53,709 nt of DNA from Minisyncoccota bacterium (GCA_041661795.1 JBAZTS010000002.1:102263-155971); one strand, 5' to 3'; shown: positions 33,118 through 42,614, counted from the first letter of the stretch. A program made the numbers and translations. Notes: generated by a model not told the origin, from the letters alone.

Positions 33118-33696
33118 ATGGAACAATCAAATATAAAAAATAATAATAAGAATCAATCAACCGTTATTACGGTTAGCTTAAGGCATCTAAGGATTGCTCC
33201 AAGAAAGGTTCGTTTAATGGCACATTTGATAAAAAATCTGAATGTTAACGAAGCTCAAGCTCAATTGATAACCAACCCAAGAAGACCTTCAGAAACCATC
33301 TTAAAGCTTTTAAATTCAGCCATAGCCGGAGCCAAAAATAAAAATTTAAATATATCAAGATTGGTGATTAAAGAAATAAGAGTAGATAAAGGACCGATAT
33401 TAAAAAGATTTATGCCAAGAGCTCAAGGAAGAGCCACTCCTATACATAAAGTTACCAGCCATATCGTTATGACTTTGGCGGAATCTGAAAAAGAGCACAA
33501 AGAGAGATTTTTAATAGAAACCAAGAAGATAAAGAAAAGCGATAAGAAAAAATTAGAAAACAAAGAAAATAAATCAAAAGTTGAAAAAGAAAAAACAGGA
33601 GATTTGAAAGAAGAAGCAAAGAAAGAGATAAAGAAAGAATCTAAAACAGAGAGTAGAGGTTTTATGAAAAGAATGTTTAGAAGAAAGAGTATATAA
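33118..33696 (+). CDS. rplV: 50S ribosomal protein L22 with long K/E-rich C-terminal extension
   Basis: LRIAPRKVRLMAHLIKNLNVNEAQAQL...MPRAQGRATPIHKVTSHI, followed by a charged tail of about 70 aa. Confidence 0.92.
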   Translation: MEQSNIKNNNKNQSTVITVSLRHLRIAPRKVRLMAHLIKNLNVNEAQAQLITNPRRPSETILKLLNSAIAGAKNKNLNISRLVIKEIRVDKGPILKRFMPRAQGRATPIHKVTSHIVMTLAESEKEHKERFLIETKKIKKSDKKKLENKENKSKVEKEKTGDLKEEAKKEIKKESKTESRGFMKRMFRRKSI

Positions 33697-33701
33697 CTAA
33701 T

Positions 33702-34370
33702 ATGGGACAAAAAATTAAACCTACATTATTACGCACAGGCGTTACTAAAGATTGGAATTCCAAGTGGTTTGCAAAGAACTTCAAGTTTGGCGCCGGCTTA
33801 AAAGAAGATATTTTAATAAGAGACATAATAAACAAAAGAATATTCAATTCGGGAATTGATTCTATCATCATAGAGAAGGCGTCAAACAATTGTAGAATAA
33901 CCATAAGATCAGCTAAACCCGGCTTGATAATAGGAAGAGGCGGTAAGGGAGCCGAAGATTTGACAAAAGAAATAGAAAAAATTGTTTCCAACTTCAGAAA
34001 AAGCCAGGGAATAAAAGAAAAACCGGTTTTGAGCGTTAATATAGAAGAAATAAAAAGATATGAAATTTCATCTCAAGTGACTGGGCAAAACATTGCTTGG
34101 GATTTGGAGAAAAGAATGCCTTTTAGAAGAACTATAAAAAAATATTTAGAAAGAATGATGCAGAACAAAGATGTTAAAGGAGCCAAGATAAGGGTCTCGG
34201 GAAGATTAGACGGAGCTGAAATCGCAAGAACAGAACATCTTTCAGCCGGTAGTTTACCGCTACAGACCCTGCGCGCCAATATTGATTATGCTCAAGCAAC
34301 AGCTTTTACAACTTATGGAACGATTGGAATAAAGATTTGGATATATAAAGGAGAAATTTTAAAGAAATAA
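33702..34370 (+). CDS. rpsC: 30S ribosomal protein S3
   Basis: MGQKIKPTLLRTGVTKDWNSKWFA, KH domain, GRLDGAEIARTE. Confidence 0.96.
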   Translation: MGQKIKPTLLRTGVTKDWNSKWFAKNFKFGAGLKEDILIRDIINKRIFNSGIDSIIIEKASNNCRITIRSAKPGLIIGRGGKGAEDLTKEIEKIVSNFRKSQGIKEKPVLSVNIEEIKRYEISSQVTGQNIAWDLEKRMPFRRTIKKYLERMMQNKDVKGAKIRVSGRLDGAEIARTEHLSAGSLPLQTLRANIDYAQATAFTTYGTIGIKIWIYKGEILKK

Positions 34371-34374
34371 AGAT

Positions 34375-34785
34375 ATGTTACAGCCAAAGAAAATGAAACA
34401 TAGGAAATGGCAGAAGGGCCGATCCAGGAAAAGAGATGTGGAAACGAGAGGAGTATCTCTTAGTTTTGGAAGTTATGGATTACAAGCCATGAGTATGTCA
34501 TACATAGATTCAAAACAAATAGAAGCCGCCAGGAAAGCCATATCCAGATTTACTAAAAAGGGTGGAAAGTTTTGGATAAGAATATTTCCGGATAAACCGA
34601 TAACCCAGAGACCTCCGGAACTAACTATGGGATCTGGAAAAGGATCAGTTGACCATTATGTTTTTCCGGTAAAATCTGGAAGAATGTTGTTTGAGATGGA
34701 TGGAGTGCCAAGAGAACAGGCCATAGAGGCGTTAACTAATGCTGGCCACAAATTACCCGTAAAAACGAGAATAGTAGAAAAATAA
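34375..34785 (+). CDS. rplP: 50S ribosomal protein L16
   Basis: MLQPKKMKHRKWQKGR...FWIRIFPDKPITQRPPELTMGSGKGS. Confidence 0.96.
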   Translation: MLQPKKMKHRKWQKGRSRKRDVETRGVSLSFGSYGLQAMSMSYIDSKQIEAARKAISRFTKKGGKFWIRIFPDKPITQRPPELTMGSGKGSVDHYVFPVKSGRMLFEMDGVPREQAIEALTNAGHKLPVKTRIVEK

Positions 34786-34787
34786 TT

Positions 34788-34991
34788 ATGAAATCAGATA
34801 AGATAAAAGAATTAAGAGGAAAGACCAAAGAAGAACTGGAAATTCTGGTTAAGGGTCTTAAAGAAAATCTGGCTTCGGCAATTTTTGATTTGAAATCCGG
34901 AAAGACCGCTAATATAAAACAGATAAAGGATTTAAAAAAAGAAATAGCTATAATTTTTACAATAATAAAAGAAAGTCAAAACAATGGATAA
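34788..34991 (+). CDS. rpmC: 50S ribosomal protein L29
   Basis: [23 protein letters not shown]. Canonical position. Confidence 0.9.
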   Translation: MKSDKIKELRGKTKEELEILVKGLKENLASAIFDLKSGKTANIKQIKDLKKEIAIIFTIIKESQNNG

Positions 34992-35280
34992 CAAAAAAGA
35001 AATTAAAAAAAGAAGATTGACTGGCGAGGTTGTTTCTGACAAGATGCAGAAAACAAGAGTAGTGGCTATAGTAACCACCAAAAGGCATCCCGTTTATGAA
35101 AAGCTCTATAAGTCAACCACAAAAATAAAGGCTCACGATGAAAACAATCAATATAAAATTGGTGACGTTGTAATTATCCAAGAAACAAGACCATTATCTA
35201 AAGATAAAAGATGGGAAATAGTTGAATTGGTAAAAAAAGCTAAAGTCGCCGAGAAAATTGACGCAGAAGTTATTGAATAA
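34984..35280 (+). CDS. rpsQ: 30S ribosomal protein S17
   Basis: [31 protein letters not shown]...[25 protein letters not shown]. Confidence 0.94.
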   Translation: MDNKKEIKKRRLTGEVVSDKMQKTRVVAIVTTKRHPVYEKLYKSTTKIKAHDENNQYKIGDVVIIQETRPLSKDKRWEIVELVKKAKVAEKIDAEVIE

Positions 35281-35299
35281 TAGTTATTTATAGAAAATT

Positions 35300-35668
35300 A
35301 TGATACAAGAAAGATCAATATTAAAAGTAGCGGATAATTCCGGAGCCAAAGTTATAAGATGCTTTAGAATTCTTGGCGCTACCAGAAGGAGATACGCTCA
35401 AATAGGAGACGTAATTGTCGCCTCTGTTCAAGTGGCTGAGCCCAGAAAAGCAGTTGTCAAAAAGGATAAGGTTAGAGCGGTTATAGTCAGACAGAGGAAT
35501 AATTTTAGAAGAAAAGACGGTTCTTACGTTAAATTTGATGAAAACGCCGCGGTTTTGATTGATGCCAAGAAAGAACCCAAAGCCACCAGAATATTTGGAC
35601 CAATTCCAAGAGAAATAAAAGAGAAGGGATTTGAAAAAATATTTACAATGGCTCAGGATATCGTTTAG
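35300..35668 (+). CDS. rplN: 50S ribosomal protein L14
   Basis: MIQERSILKVADNSGAK... Confidence 0.96.
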   Translation: MIQERSILKVADNSGAKVIRCFRILGATRRRYAQIGDVIVASVQVAEPRKAVVKKDKVRAVIVRQRNNFRRKDGSYVKFDENAAVLIDAKKEPKATRIFGPIPREIKEKGFEKIFTMAQDIV

Positions 35669-35681
35669 TAAAATTAAAATT

Positions 35682-35987
35682 ATGAAACTAAGAAAAGGAG
35701 ATACAGTAAAAATAATTTCTGGGAAAGACAAAAGTAAATCCGGAAAGATACTAAGAGTTTTTAGTGAAAAGGGCTCTGTTTTAGTTGAGGGGATAAATCA
35801 GTATAAAAAACATGCCAAACCAAAAAAACAGGGAGAGAAAGGTCAGGTTATAATAGTTCCAAGACCGATGAATTCCTCAAATGTAAAAATAGTTTGTCCT
35901 TCTTGCGGTCAGGCATCCAGAGTTGGATATAAAGTAGAGGAAAAAAACAAAACGAGATACTGCAAGAAATGTAAAGCAACAATTTAA
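35682..35987 (+). CDS. rplX: 50S ribosomal protein L24 with C-terminal zinc-ribbon-like extension
   Basis: MKLRKGDTVKIISGKDKSKSGKILRV (KOW motif). C-terminal CPSCG...CKKC. I chose the ATG at 35682 rather than 35631. Confidence 0.92.
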   Translation: MKLRKGDTVKIISGKDKSKSGKILRVFSEKGSVLVEGINQYKKHAKPKKQGEKGQVIIVPRPMNSSNVKIVCPSCGQASRVGYKVEEKNKTRYCKKCKATI

Positions 35988-36001
35988 CAAAACACAAACA
36001 A

Positions 36002-36072
36002 TACGAACATATGCGAATACCGCAAATAAGATAAGAATTTCGTGGTGTTCGTGTAAATTAGCATAGTTAGCA
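36002..36072. repeat. Intergenic inverted word array upstream of rplE
   Basis: Left words TACGAA (36002) and TGCGAA (36012). Right words TTCGTG at 36039 and 36048, TTAGCA at 36058 and 36067 (spacing 9/10/9). Ends 7 nt before the ATG at 36080. Confidence 0.7.
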
Positions 36073-36079
36073 TTATTTT

Positions 36080-36643
36080 ATGAAACAAGCATCTTTAAGA
36101 GAAAAATATCAAAAAGAAATTAAACCAGAGCTCCAAAAAGAGTTGGGTTTGAAAAACGTCAATGCCTCTCCTGTTTTGGAAAAGGTGGTTGTTAATGTTG
36201 GTTTGGGAAGAATGGGTCAAAACGCTAATTTTCAAGAGAAAGTACTTCCGGAGATAATAAAAGAAGTATCTCAAATGTTTGGACAAAAACCGTCTCCAAG
36301 ACCAGCTAAGAAATCAATATCCGGATTTAAATTGAGAGAGGGTCAGACGGTGGGAATAAAAGTTACCTTAAGAGGCGGAAGAATGTATGATGTTGTAGAT
36401 AAGATAGTAAAGTCGGTTTTTCCGAGAGTAAGAGATTTTAGGGGAATAAACTTGAAAAATATAGATGAAAAAGGTAATCTCAACCTCGGCTTTAGAGAAC
36501 ACGTAGTATTTCCGGAAATAGCTCAGGATATATCAACCGTTAATTTCGGACTGCAAATTACCGTAGTGGTAAGAGCCAGAAAAAGAGAGCACGCTATTGA
36601 ATTATATAAAAAATTAGGATTTCTATTTAAGAAAGAAAAATAA
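36080..36643 (+). CDS. rplE: 50S ribosomal protein L5
   Basis: [12 protein letters not shown]...[13 protein letters not shown]. Confidence 0.95.
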   Translation: MKQASLREKYQKEIKPELQKELGLKNVNASPVLEKVVVNVGLGRMGQNANFQEKVLPEIIKEVSQMFGQKPSPRPAKKSISGFKLREGQTVGIKVTLRGGRMYDVVDKIVKSVFPRVRDFRGINLKNIDEKGNLNLGFREHVVFPEIAQDISTVNFGLQITVVVRARKREHAIELYKKLGFLFKKEK

Positions 36644-36645
36644 TT

Positions 36646-36831
36646 ATGGCCAAACAATCAGTAATAGCAAGATCAAAAAAGAAACCCAAATATTCCACTA
36701 GAGCAGTCAGGAGATGTTTTAAGTGTGGAAGAAAAAGGGGATATCTGAGGGATTTTGATCTTTGTAGAATTTGTTTTAGAGAATTGGCCTCCAAGGGAGA
36801 AATTCCGGGAATAAAAAAATCATCATGGTAA
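36646..36831 (+). CDS. rpsZ: 30S ribosomal protein S14, type Z (zinc-binding)
   Basis: 61 aa with [23 protein letters not shown]. Confidence 0.95.
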   Translation: MAKQSVIARSKKKPKYSTRAVRRCFKCGRKRGYLRDFDLCRICFRELASKGEIPGIKKSSW

Positions 36832-36835
36832 AATT

Positions 36836-37216
36836 ATGTATATAGATTTATTAACACAAATTAAAAACGCTCAAGGAGTTAGGAGCGAGAGAATAAAATA
36901 TCCAGCATCTAAAATGGATGAGAAGGTGCTTGAGATTTTGGCTAAGAATAATTTCATTAAAGAATTTGAGAAAAAAGGAAGAGGAAATAGAAAGTATTTC
37001 GAAATAGTTCTTTCTTATAAAGGAAAGGACGGAGGGATAGAGGGAATAAAATTTGTCAGTACTCCATCAAAGAAGGTCTATAGAAAGAGCGATGAGATAA
37101 GACAAATAAGACAAGGTTTTGGAATGTCTCTTGTCTCAACTTCCAAAGGAATTATGACAAATAGAGAAGCTAGAAAAAATAAATTAGGCGGTCAGATATT
37201 GTTTAATATTTGGTAA
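36836..37216 (+). CDS. rpsH: 30S ribosomal protein S8
   Basis: DLLTQIKNAQ...GMSLVSTSKGIMTNREARKNKLGGQILFNIW. Confidence 0.95.
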   Translation: MYIDLLTQIKNAQGVRSERIKYPASKMDEKVLEILAKNNFIKEFEKKGRGNRKYFEIVLSYKGKDGGIEGIKFVSTPSKKVYRKSDEIRQIRQGFGMSLVSTSKGIMTNREARKNKLGGQILFNIW

Positions 37217-37222
37217 AAAAAT

Positions 37223-37771
37223 ATGAGTAGATTAGGAAAAAAACCTATTATAGTGCCACAAGGAGTATCCGTAGACGTACAGGATGATTTTATTTTGTTT
37301 ACTGGTCCAAAAGGAAACACTAAGACAAAAAAGCTTGATGGAATAAATGTAGAAATTACCGAAAATGGAGCAGTTATTTCACCAAAGAATCAATTATCTC
37401 AAACATTAATGAATTGGGGAACCATGTGTTCTCTTGTAAAAAATGGGATAGAAGGAGTGGAAAAGGGGTTTTCCAAAACATTAATAATAGAAGGAGTTGG
37501 ATTTAAAGCATCTTTGGAGGGAGAAAATTTAGTGTTGAAAGTGGGTTTCTCTCACCCAGTTAGTGTTCCTATACCCGAGGGAATTTCTCTAGGTGTTGAA
37601 AAAAATACTATAAATATTTCCGGAATAGAAAAAGATTTGGTTGGACAGATGGCTGCTAATATAAGAAAAATAAAAAAACCGGAACCGTATCTGGGTAAAG
37701 GAATAAGATATAGCGATGAGGTTATAAGAAGAAAAGCCGGAAAGAAAGCTGGAGCTGCCGGAGCTAAATAA
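37223..37771 (+). CDS. rplF: 50S ribosomal protein L6
   Basis: MSRLGKKPIIVPQGVSV...KKPEPYLGKGIRYSDEVIRRKAGK. Confidence 0.95.
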   Translation: MSRLGKKPIIVPQGVSVDVQDDFILFTGPKGNTKTKKLDGINVEITENGAVISPKNQLSQTLMNWGTMCSLVKNGIEGVEKGFSKTLIIEGVGFKASLEGENLVLKVGFSHPVSVPIPEGISLGVEKNTINISGIEKDLVGQMAANIRKIKKPEPYLGKGIRYSDEVIRRKAGKKAGAAGAK

Positions 37772-37778
37772 AAACATC

Positions 37779-38120
37779 ATGAACAAAATAAAGAAAATAA
37801 ATAAAATTTTAGGAAGAAGGAAAGAAAGAGTTAGAGCCAAGATAAGGGAAGATTTAAAAAAGCCCAGAATTTCTGTTTTTAAGAGCAATAAAAATGTTTA
37901 TATTCAAGTTATTGACGACCAAGCTCAAAAGACGATTGTCAGCGCTTCTTTGGATGGAAAAAAATCAAAGGAAAAATTGGAAGAGTTAGGGAAAAAGGTA
38001 GCTCAAGAACTTATTTCCAAAGATATTAAAGAGGCAGTTTTTGACAGAGGGTTGTATAAATATCACGGTGATGTCAAAATTATAGTTGAGTCGGCCAGAA
38101 AGAACGGGCTAAAAATATAA
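37779..38120 (+). CDS. rplR: 50S ribosomal protein L18
   Basis: PRISVFKSNKNVYIQVIDD...FDRGLYKYHGDVKIIVESARKNGLKI. Confidence 0.94.
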   Translation: MNKIKKINKILGRRKERVRAKIREDLKKPRISVFKSNKNVYIQVIDDQAQKTIVSASLDGKKSKEKLEELGKKVAQELISKDIKEAVFDRGLYKYHGDVKIIVESARKNGLKI

Positions 38121-38142
38121 ATCATCCAATAACTAATTTATC

Positions 38143-38188
38143 CGAATAAACGAATAATTAGTATATTAGTAAAAATAAGATATTAGTT
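38143..38188. repeat. Intergenic word array upstream of rpsE
   Basis: CGAATAA at 38143 and 38151. TTAGTA at 38158 and 38166, TTAGTT at 38183. Shares the core TTAGTATATTAGTA with the dnaG and rpoD elements. Confidence 0.7.
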
Positions 38189-38193
38189 GATAT

Positions 38194-38682
38194 ATGATGA
38201 ACAAAGGAAGAGGTGGTGGAAATAGAGGAAAAAATCCTTTATCAAAACCCAAAAGTGAATACAAAGAAAAAACTGTGGACATAAGAAGAGTGGCCAGAGT
38301 TATGGCTGGAGGAAAAAGATTCACCTTTAGGTGTACTTTGGTTATTGGTGATGAAAAAGGAATGGTGGGAGTCGGAATTGCTAAGGGCTTGGACGTTGCT
38401 CAAGCTATTGATAAAGCCAGAAATGATGCCAAGAAAAATTTATTCAGGGTGAAGATAAAGGGAACTACTCTGGCCCATGAAGTCAAAGCTAAATTCAGCG
38501 CTGCCAGAGTAATTATCAAGCCGGCCAAAGAGGGTTCTGGATTAAAAGCCGGTGGATCGGTAAGAACCGTTCTTTTGATGGCTGGTGTTAAAGACGCTTC
38601 GGCTAAATGCTTAGGAAGGACTAAGAATAAATTAACTAATGCTTTAGCGACCATAGAGGCGTTGAAGATGATAAGAACCTAA
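38194..38682 (+). CDS. rpsE: 30S ribosomal protein S5
   Basis: VDIRRVARVMAGGKRFTFRCTLVIGDEKGMVGVGIAKG. Confidence 0.95.
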   Translation: MMNKGRGGGNRGKNPLSKPKSEYKEKTVDIRRVARVMAGGKRFTFRCTLVIGDEKGMVGVGIAKGLDVAQAIDKARNDAKKNLFRVKIKGTTLAHEVKAKFSAARVIIKPAKEGSGLKAGGSVRTVLLMAGVKDASAKCLGRTKNKLTNALATIEALKMIRT

Positions 38683-38683
38683 T

Positions 38684-39088
38684 ATGCAATTACACGAAAT
38701 AAAATCAAAAACAAGGAATAAATCCAAAAGAAGAGTTGGACGAGGAGGAAAAAGAGGGACTTATTCTGGAAGAGGTCAAAAGGGTCAGAAAGCCAGAGCT
38801 GGGAGAAGAATAAAACCTGCTCAGAGGGAAATTTTGTTAAGATTTCCAAAAAAGAGAGGATATAAAAACAAACCCAAAGGCAAAAGGACAACAGCCATAA
38901 ATATTAAAAGAATAATTAAGCTTAAAGAAAAAATCATAAACAAAGAGATCCTTTTAAAGTATGGTTTTATAGCAAAAAAGAATGATTTTGTTAAAATAAT
39001 AGGGGATACAAAACCAGATTTCAAAATTGAATTTGCTCCGGATATAAAATTCTCCAAAAAATATGTCAAAAATAATACAGCTGTTTAA
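38684..39088 (+). CDS. rplO: 50S ribosomal protein L15
   Basis: RRVGRGGKRGTYSGRGQKGQKARAG. Starts 2 nt after the rpsE stop, so no rpmD (L30) gene lies between them. Confidence 0.93.
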   Translation: MQLHEIKSKTRNKSKRRVGRGGKRGTYSGRGQKGQKARAGRRIKPAQREILLRFPKKRGYKNKPKGKRTTAINIKRIIKLKEKIINKEILLKYGFIAKKNDFVKIIGDTKPDFKIEFAPDIKFSKKYVKNNTAV

Positions 39089-40334
39089 AATCAAAGATCT
39101 TAGAAAAAAGATTTTTATAGTTCTTATATGGCTTATTATTTTTAGAATTTTAGCCGCTATTCCGATTCCGGATGTTGATTTGTCGCGTTTAGAAAACTTT
39201 TTTTCAAACAATCAATTACTCGGTTTTCTTAATATATTTTCAGGAGGAGGACTGTCCAATCTATCTATAGCCATGCTTGGAGTGGCGCCTTATATTACCG
39301 CTACCATCATCATGCAACTTCTAACGATGATATTTCCAAAACTTAAGGAAATGTATTACGAGGAAGGTGCTATGGGTAGAGCTAAATTTAACAGAATTTC
39401 AAAGTACATAACTGTTCCTCTTGGCTTTCTTCAGGCCTACGGATTTTTAAATATTCTTATATCTCAGCAAGTTTTGCCCGGATTGGGGACTTTAGCACTT
39501 CTGAAAAACGCTTTAATTATAACCGGAGGTTCAATGATATTAGTTTGGATTGGAGATTTAATCAGCGAGCAGAAGATAGGCAATGGAATTTCCTTAATCA
39601 TATTTGCCGGTATAGTCAGTAGTATTCCCACTGCTGTTCAAAAACTTATAACTTCATTTAACACAGCTGATTTAATCAGCTACATAACTTTTGCTATTCT
39701 AGCCGTTGTAGTTACCGCGGGAGTCGTTTTTATAAACGAAGGTGAAAGGAAGGTTCCCATTACTTATGCCAAGAGAGTCAGGGGGGTAAAAATGTTTGGG
39801 GGGGTTTCAAGTTACCTGCCTCTAAAAGTTAATCAAGCAGGAGTTATCCCGATTATATTTGCTATCTCGGTTTTACTTTTTCCTCAATTCATATCTCAAG
39901 CGTCGGCCATTTTTTCTAAAGATTTATCGGTTAAACTCTCTGAAACCATAAATAGATTGTTTGCCAACGATTATATTTATGCCCTTATTTACTTTGTTTT
40001 GGTTGTCGTATTTACCTATTTCTACACCTCAATAACTTTTGATCCTAAGGAAATATCCAAAAACATGCAAAGGGCAGGAGGATTTATTTTGGGAATAAGG
40101 CCGGGAGAATCAACTTCCATGTATCTTGCAAGAATCATATCCAGAATTACTCTTTGGGGAGCTATTTTCCTAGGGTTTATAGCCATACTTCCTAATATCA
40201 CCAGAATTGCCACCGGGGTAAGCATTGTTACTATTGGAGGAACCAGTTTACTTATCGTTGTCTCTGTCGCTTTGGAAGTTCTAAGACAGGTTAACTCGCA
40301 ATTAATAATGAGAGAATATGAGGGATTTGAGTAA
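39063..40334 (+). CDS. secY: Preprotein translocase subunit SecY
   Basis: Ten-TM layout, LGVAPYITATIIMQLL, GISLIIFAGIV. Canonical position. Confidence 0.96.
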   Translation: MSKIIQLFKIKDLRKKIFIVLIWLIIFRILAAIPIPDVDLSRLENFFSNNQLLGFLNIFSGGGLSNLSIAMLGVAPYITATIIMQLLTMIFPKLKEMYYEEGAMGRAKFNRISKYITVPLGFLQAYGFLNILISQQVLPGLGTLALLKNALIITGGSMILVWIGDLISEQKIGNGISLIIFAGIVSSIPTAVQKLITSFNTADLISYITFAILAVVVTAGVVFINEGERKVPITYAKRVRGVKMFGGVSSYLPLKVNQAGVIPIIFAISVLLFPQFISQASAIFSKDLSVKLSETINRLFANDYIYALIYFVLVVVFTYFYTSITFDPKEISKNMQRAGGFILGIRPGESTSMYLARIISRITLWGAIFLGFIAILPNITRIATGVSIVTIGGTSLLIVVSVALEVLRQVNSQLIMREYEGFE

Positions 40335-40337
40335 AAT

Positions 40338-41033
40338 ATGAAACCGATATCAAATCAGAAAGTTGTAGTTATATTTGGAGCTCCGGGGTCTGGCAAAGGG
40401 ACGCAGGCTAAGTTAGTTGCCGATAAGTATGGTCTTTACAATTTTGATACTGGATTATTACTAAGAAGATTGTTGCACGATCCTAAATTCAAAAAAAACA
40501 GAGAAATCCAAAAGGAAAGGGTGCTCAATGATGATGGCAAACTTAATACTCCATCTTTTGTTTTGAAGATGGTCCGAAATAAAGTTGTCGAAATAGCCAG
40601 AGAAAACATTGGTCTGGTCTTCAGTGGTTCACCAAGAACTCTTTTTGAGGCTTTTGGTGATACTGAAAATGAAGGGCTACTTTCATATTTACTTAAAATG
40701 TATGAAAGGAAAAATATTATATTCTTTTTCTTATCTATTCCCGAAAAAGAATCCATAGAAAGAAATAGCAAAAGAACTGTTTGTTCTATTTGTGAAGTCC
40801 AACTGTTGGGTGTAATTAAAAACAAACCAGAAATATGTCCATTTTGTGGTGGAAAGTTGATAAAGAGGATAGATGATAACCCTGAATTAATGCAAACTAG
40901 ATTGGACCAATTCAAATCTAGAACATTTCCGATATTTTCTGAAATGAAAAAAAGAGGTTATAAGATAAACCAGATAGACGGCACCATTCTTCCTTATAAA
41001 GTTTTTGAAAATATATCCAAGAGGATATCTTAG
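40338..41033 (+). CDS. adk: Adenylate kinase (zinc-lid type)
   Basis: P-loop GAPGSGKGTQA. Lid cysteines CSIC...CPFCGG. Confidence 0.9.
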   Translation: MKPISNQKVVVIFGAPGSGKGTQAKLVADKYGLYNFDTGLLLRRLLHDPKFKKNREIQKERVLNDDGKLNTPSFVLKMVRNKVVEIARENIGLVFSGSPRTLFEAFGDTENEGLLSYLLKMYERKNIIFFFLSIPEKESIERNSKRTVCSICEVQLLGVIKNKPEICPFCGGKLIKRIDDNPELMQTRLDQFKSRTFPIFSEMKKRGYKINQIDGTILPYKVFENISKRIS

Positions 41034-41034
41034 C

Positions 41035-41112
41035 TACTAAATACGAAAGATATACGAAACTACGAAAATTAAATTATCTTGTTCGTATATTCGTACAAAT
41101 TCGTAGTTCGTA
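41035..41112. repeat. Intergenic inverted word array upstream of map
   Basis: Left: TACTAA (41035), TACGAA at 41042, 41053 and 41061. AT-rich centre AAAATTAAATT. Right: TTCGTA at 41082, 41090, 41100 and 41107. Ends 9 nt before the ATG at 41122. Confidence 0.8.
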
Positions 41113-41121
41113 GAGAAAAAC

Positions 41122-41880
41122 ATGACTTTTCTCAAAAAAGAAAATGAAATAGAAGTCCTAAAAGAAGGTGGGGCTGTTCTTTTTTATATACTTAAAACCC
41201 TTTCCAAAAAAGCTGGTATCGGAGTTAATTTACTGGACCTGGAAAAGATGTCCATAAATCTTTTTAAGGAACAAGGAATGACGCCAGCATTTTTGGGGTA
41301 TCAACCGGAAGGCGCCCAACATCCGTATCCTGCTTCAATGTGTCTTTCTGTAAACGAAGTCGTCGTCCATGGAATTCCCAAAAAATATATTTTAAAAAAT
41401 GGAGATGTTTTGAAGATTGATATGGGGGTTATTCATAAAGGTCTTTACACTGATTCGGCCCTGACCTTGGGTATAGGAAAAATTTCAAATCAGGCCCAGA
41501 AACTTATTTTGTCAACTAAAATTGCTTTGAATAAAGCCATAGAAATAGCCAAACCCGGAAAAACTTTGGGAGATATTGGATGGACGATAGAAAATGAAGC
41601 CAAAAAGGGAGGATTTAAGGTTATTAAGGGTCTGACTGGACATGGAGTCGGTTATGAACTTCATGAAGATCCGATAATATTAAATTATGGAAAGAAAAAA
41701 GAAGGTGGAAAACTGGTCCCGGGAATGGTTTTAGCCATTGAACCGATGTTTTCTTTGTCTTCTGAGAATATTATTCAAAATGATGATGAAAGTTATTCAT
41801 CTTCAGACGGAAGTTTAACGGCTCATTTTGAACATACTATCGCTATTACACAAAAGGGAAATATTGTGCTAACCTTATAA
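41122..41880 (+). CDS. map: Type I methionine aminopeptidase
   Basis: VVHGIP, DMGVIHKGLYTDSA, HGVGYELHE, AIEPM, FEHTI metal-ligand layout. Confidence 0.93.
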   Translation: MTFLKKENEIEVLKEGGAVLFYILKTLSKKAGIGVNLLDLEKMSINLFKEQGMTPAFLGYQPEGAQHPYPASMCLSVNEVVVHGIPKKYILKNGDVLKIDMGVIHKGLYTDSALTLGIGKISNQAQKLILSTKIALNKAIEIAKPGKTLGDIGWTIENEAKKGGFKVIKGLTGHGVGYELHEDPIILNYGKKKEGGKLVPGMVLAIEPMFSLSSENIIQNDDESYSSSDGSLTAHFEHTIAITQKGNIVLTL

Positions 41881-41882
41881 TT

Positions 41883-42614
41883 ATGGAAAAACAACCTTAT
41901 TTATCAGTTGTTATACCGGCTTACAATGAATCTAAGCGTCTTCCTTTAACTTTGATTGATATTGATAAACATCTTTCTAAGGCGGACTTTTCATATGAAA
42001 TTATAGTGGTTGATAATAACTCTTCCGATGCCACCAAAGAAGTTGCTCAGAGATTTATTCCCTTGATAAAAAATCTAAAAGTTATTGAATGTAAAACACA
42101 AGGAAAAGGAGCTGCGGTAAAAAAGGGAATGTTGCAAGCCGAAGGTAAAATAAGAATTTTTACCGATGCCGATAATTCAACTTCTATAGATCATTTCTTT
42201 AAAATGAAACATTATTTTAATGAAGGATATGACATAGTCATAGGGTCAAGGGATGTGGAAGGTTCTAAGATGGAACCGGCTCAGCCATGGTATAGAAGGT
42301 TGCTTGGTAATATGGGAAATGTTTTTATACAAATTATGCTTCTTAGAGGAATTAAAGATACTCAATGTGGATTTAAAGCGTTTTCCCAGGAAGCGACACA
42401 GAAAATATTTCAATTAGCCAGCATAGTCGGTTGGGGATTTGACGTTGAGGTGTTAGCTCTTGGAAAGAAATTAGGATATAAAATAAAGGAAATTCCAGTT
42501 ACCTGGGTAAACAGCGCCTTTTCTCATGTAAAACCAACGGCCTATTTGTTTGTTCTTTTGGAGGTGGTGAAAATAAAGATAAAATTTATAAGGAATTTCT
42601 ATAAAATAAGTTAA
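41883..42614 (+). CDS. Family 2 glycosyltransferase (polyprenol-phosphate glycosyltransferase-like)
   Basis: LSVVIPAYNE, VVDNNSSD, TDADNS, QCGFKAF. Confidence 0.85.
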   Translation: MEKQPYLSVVIPAYNESKRLPLTLIDIDKHLSKADFSYEIIVVDNNSSDATKEVAQRFIPLIKNLKVIECKTQGKGAAVKKGMLQAEGKIRIFTDADNSTSIDHFFKMKHYFNEGYDIVIGSRDVEGSKMEPAQPWYRRLLGNMGNVFIQIMLLRGIKDTQCGFKAFSQEATQKIFQLASIVGWGFDVEVLALGKKLGYKIKEIPVTWVNSAFSHVKPTAYLFVLLEVVKIKIKFIRNFYKIS

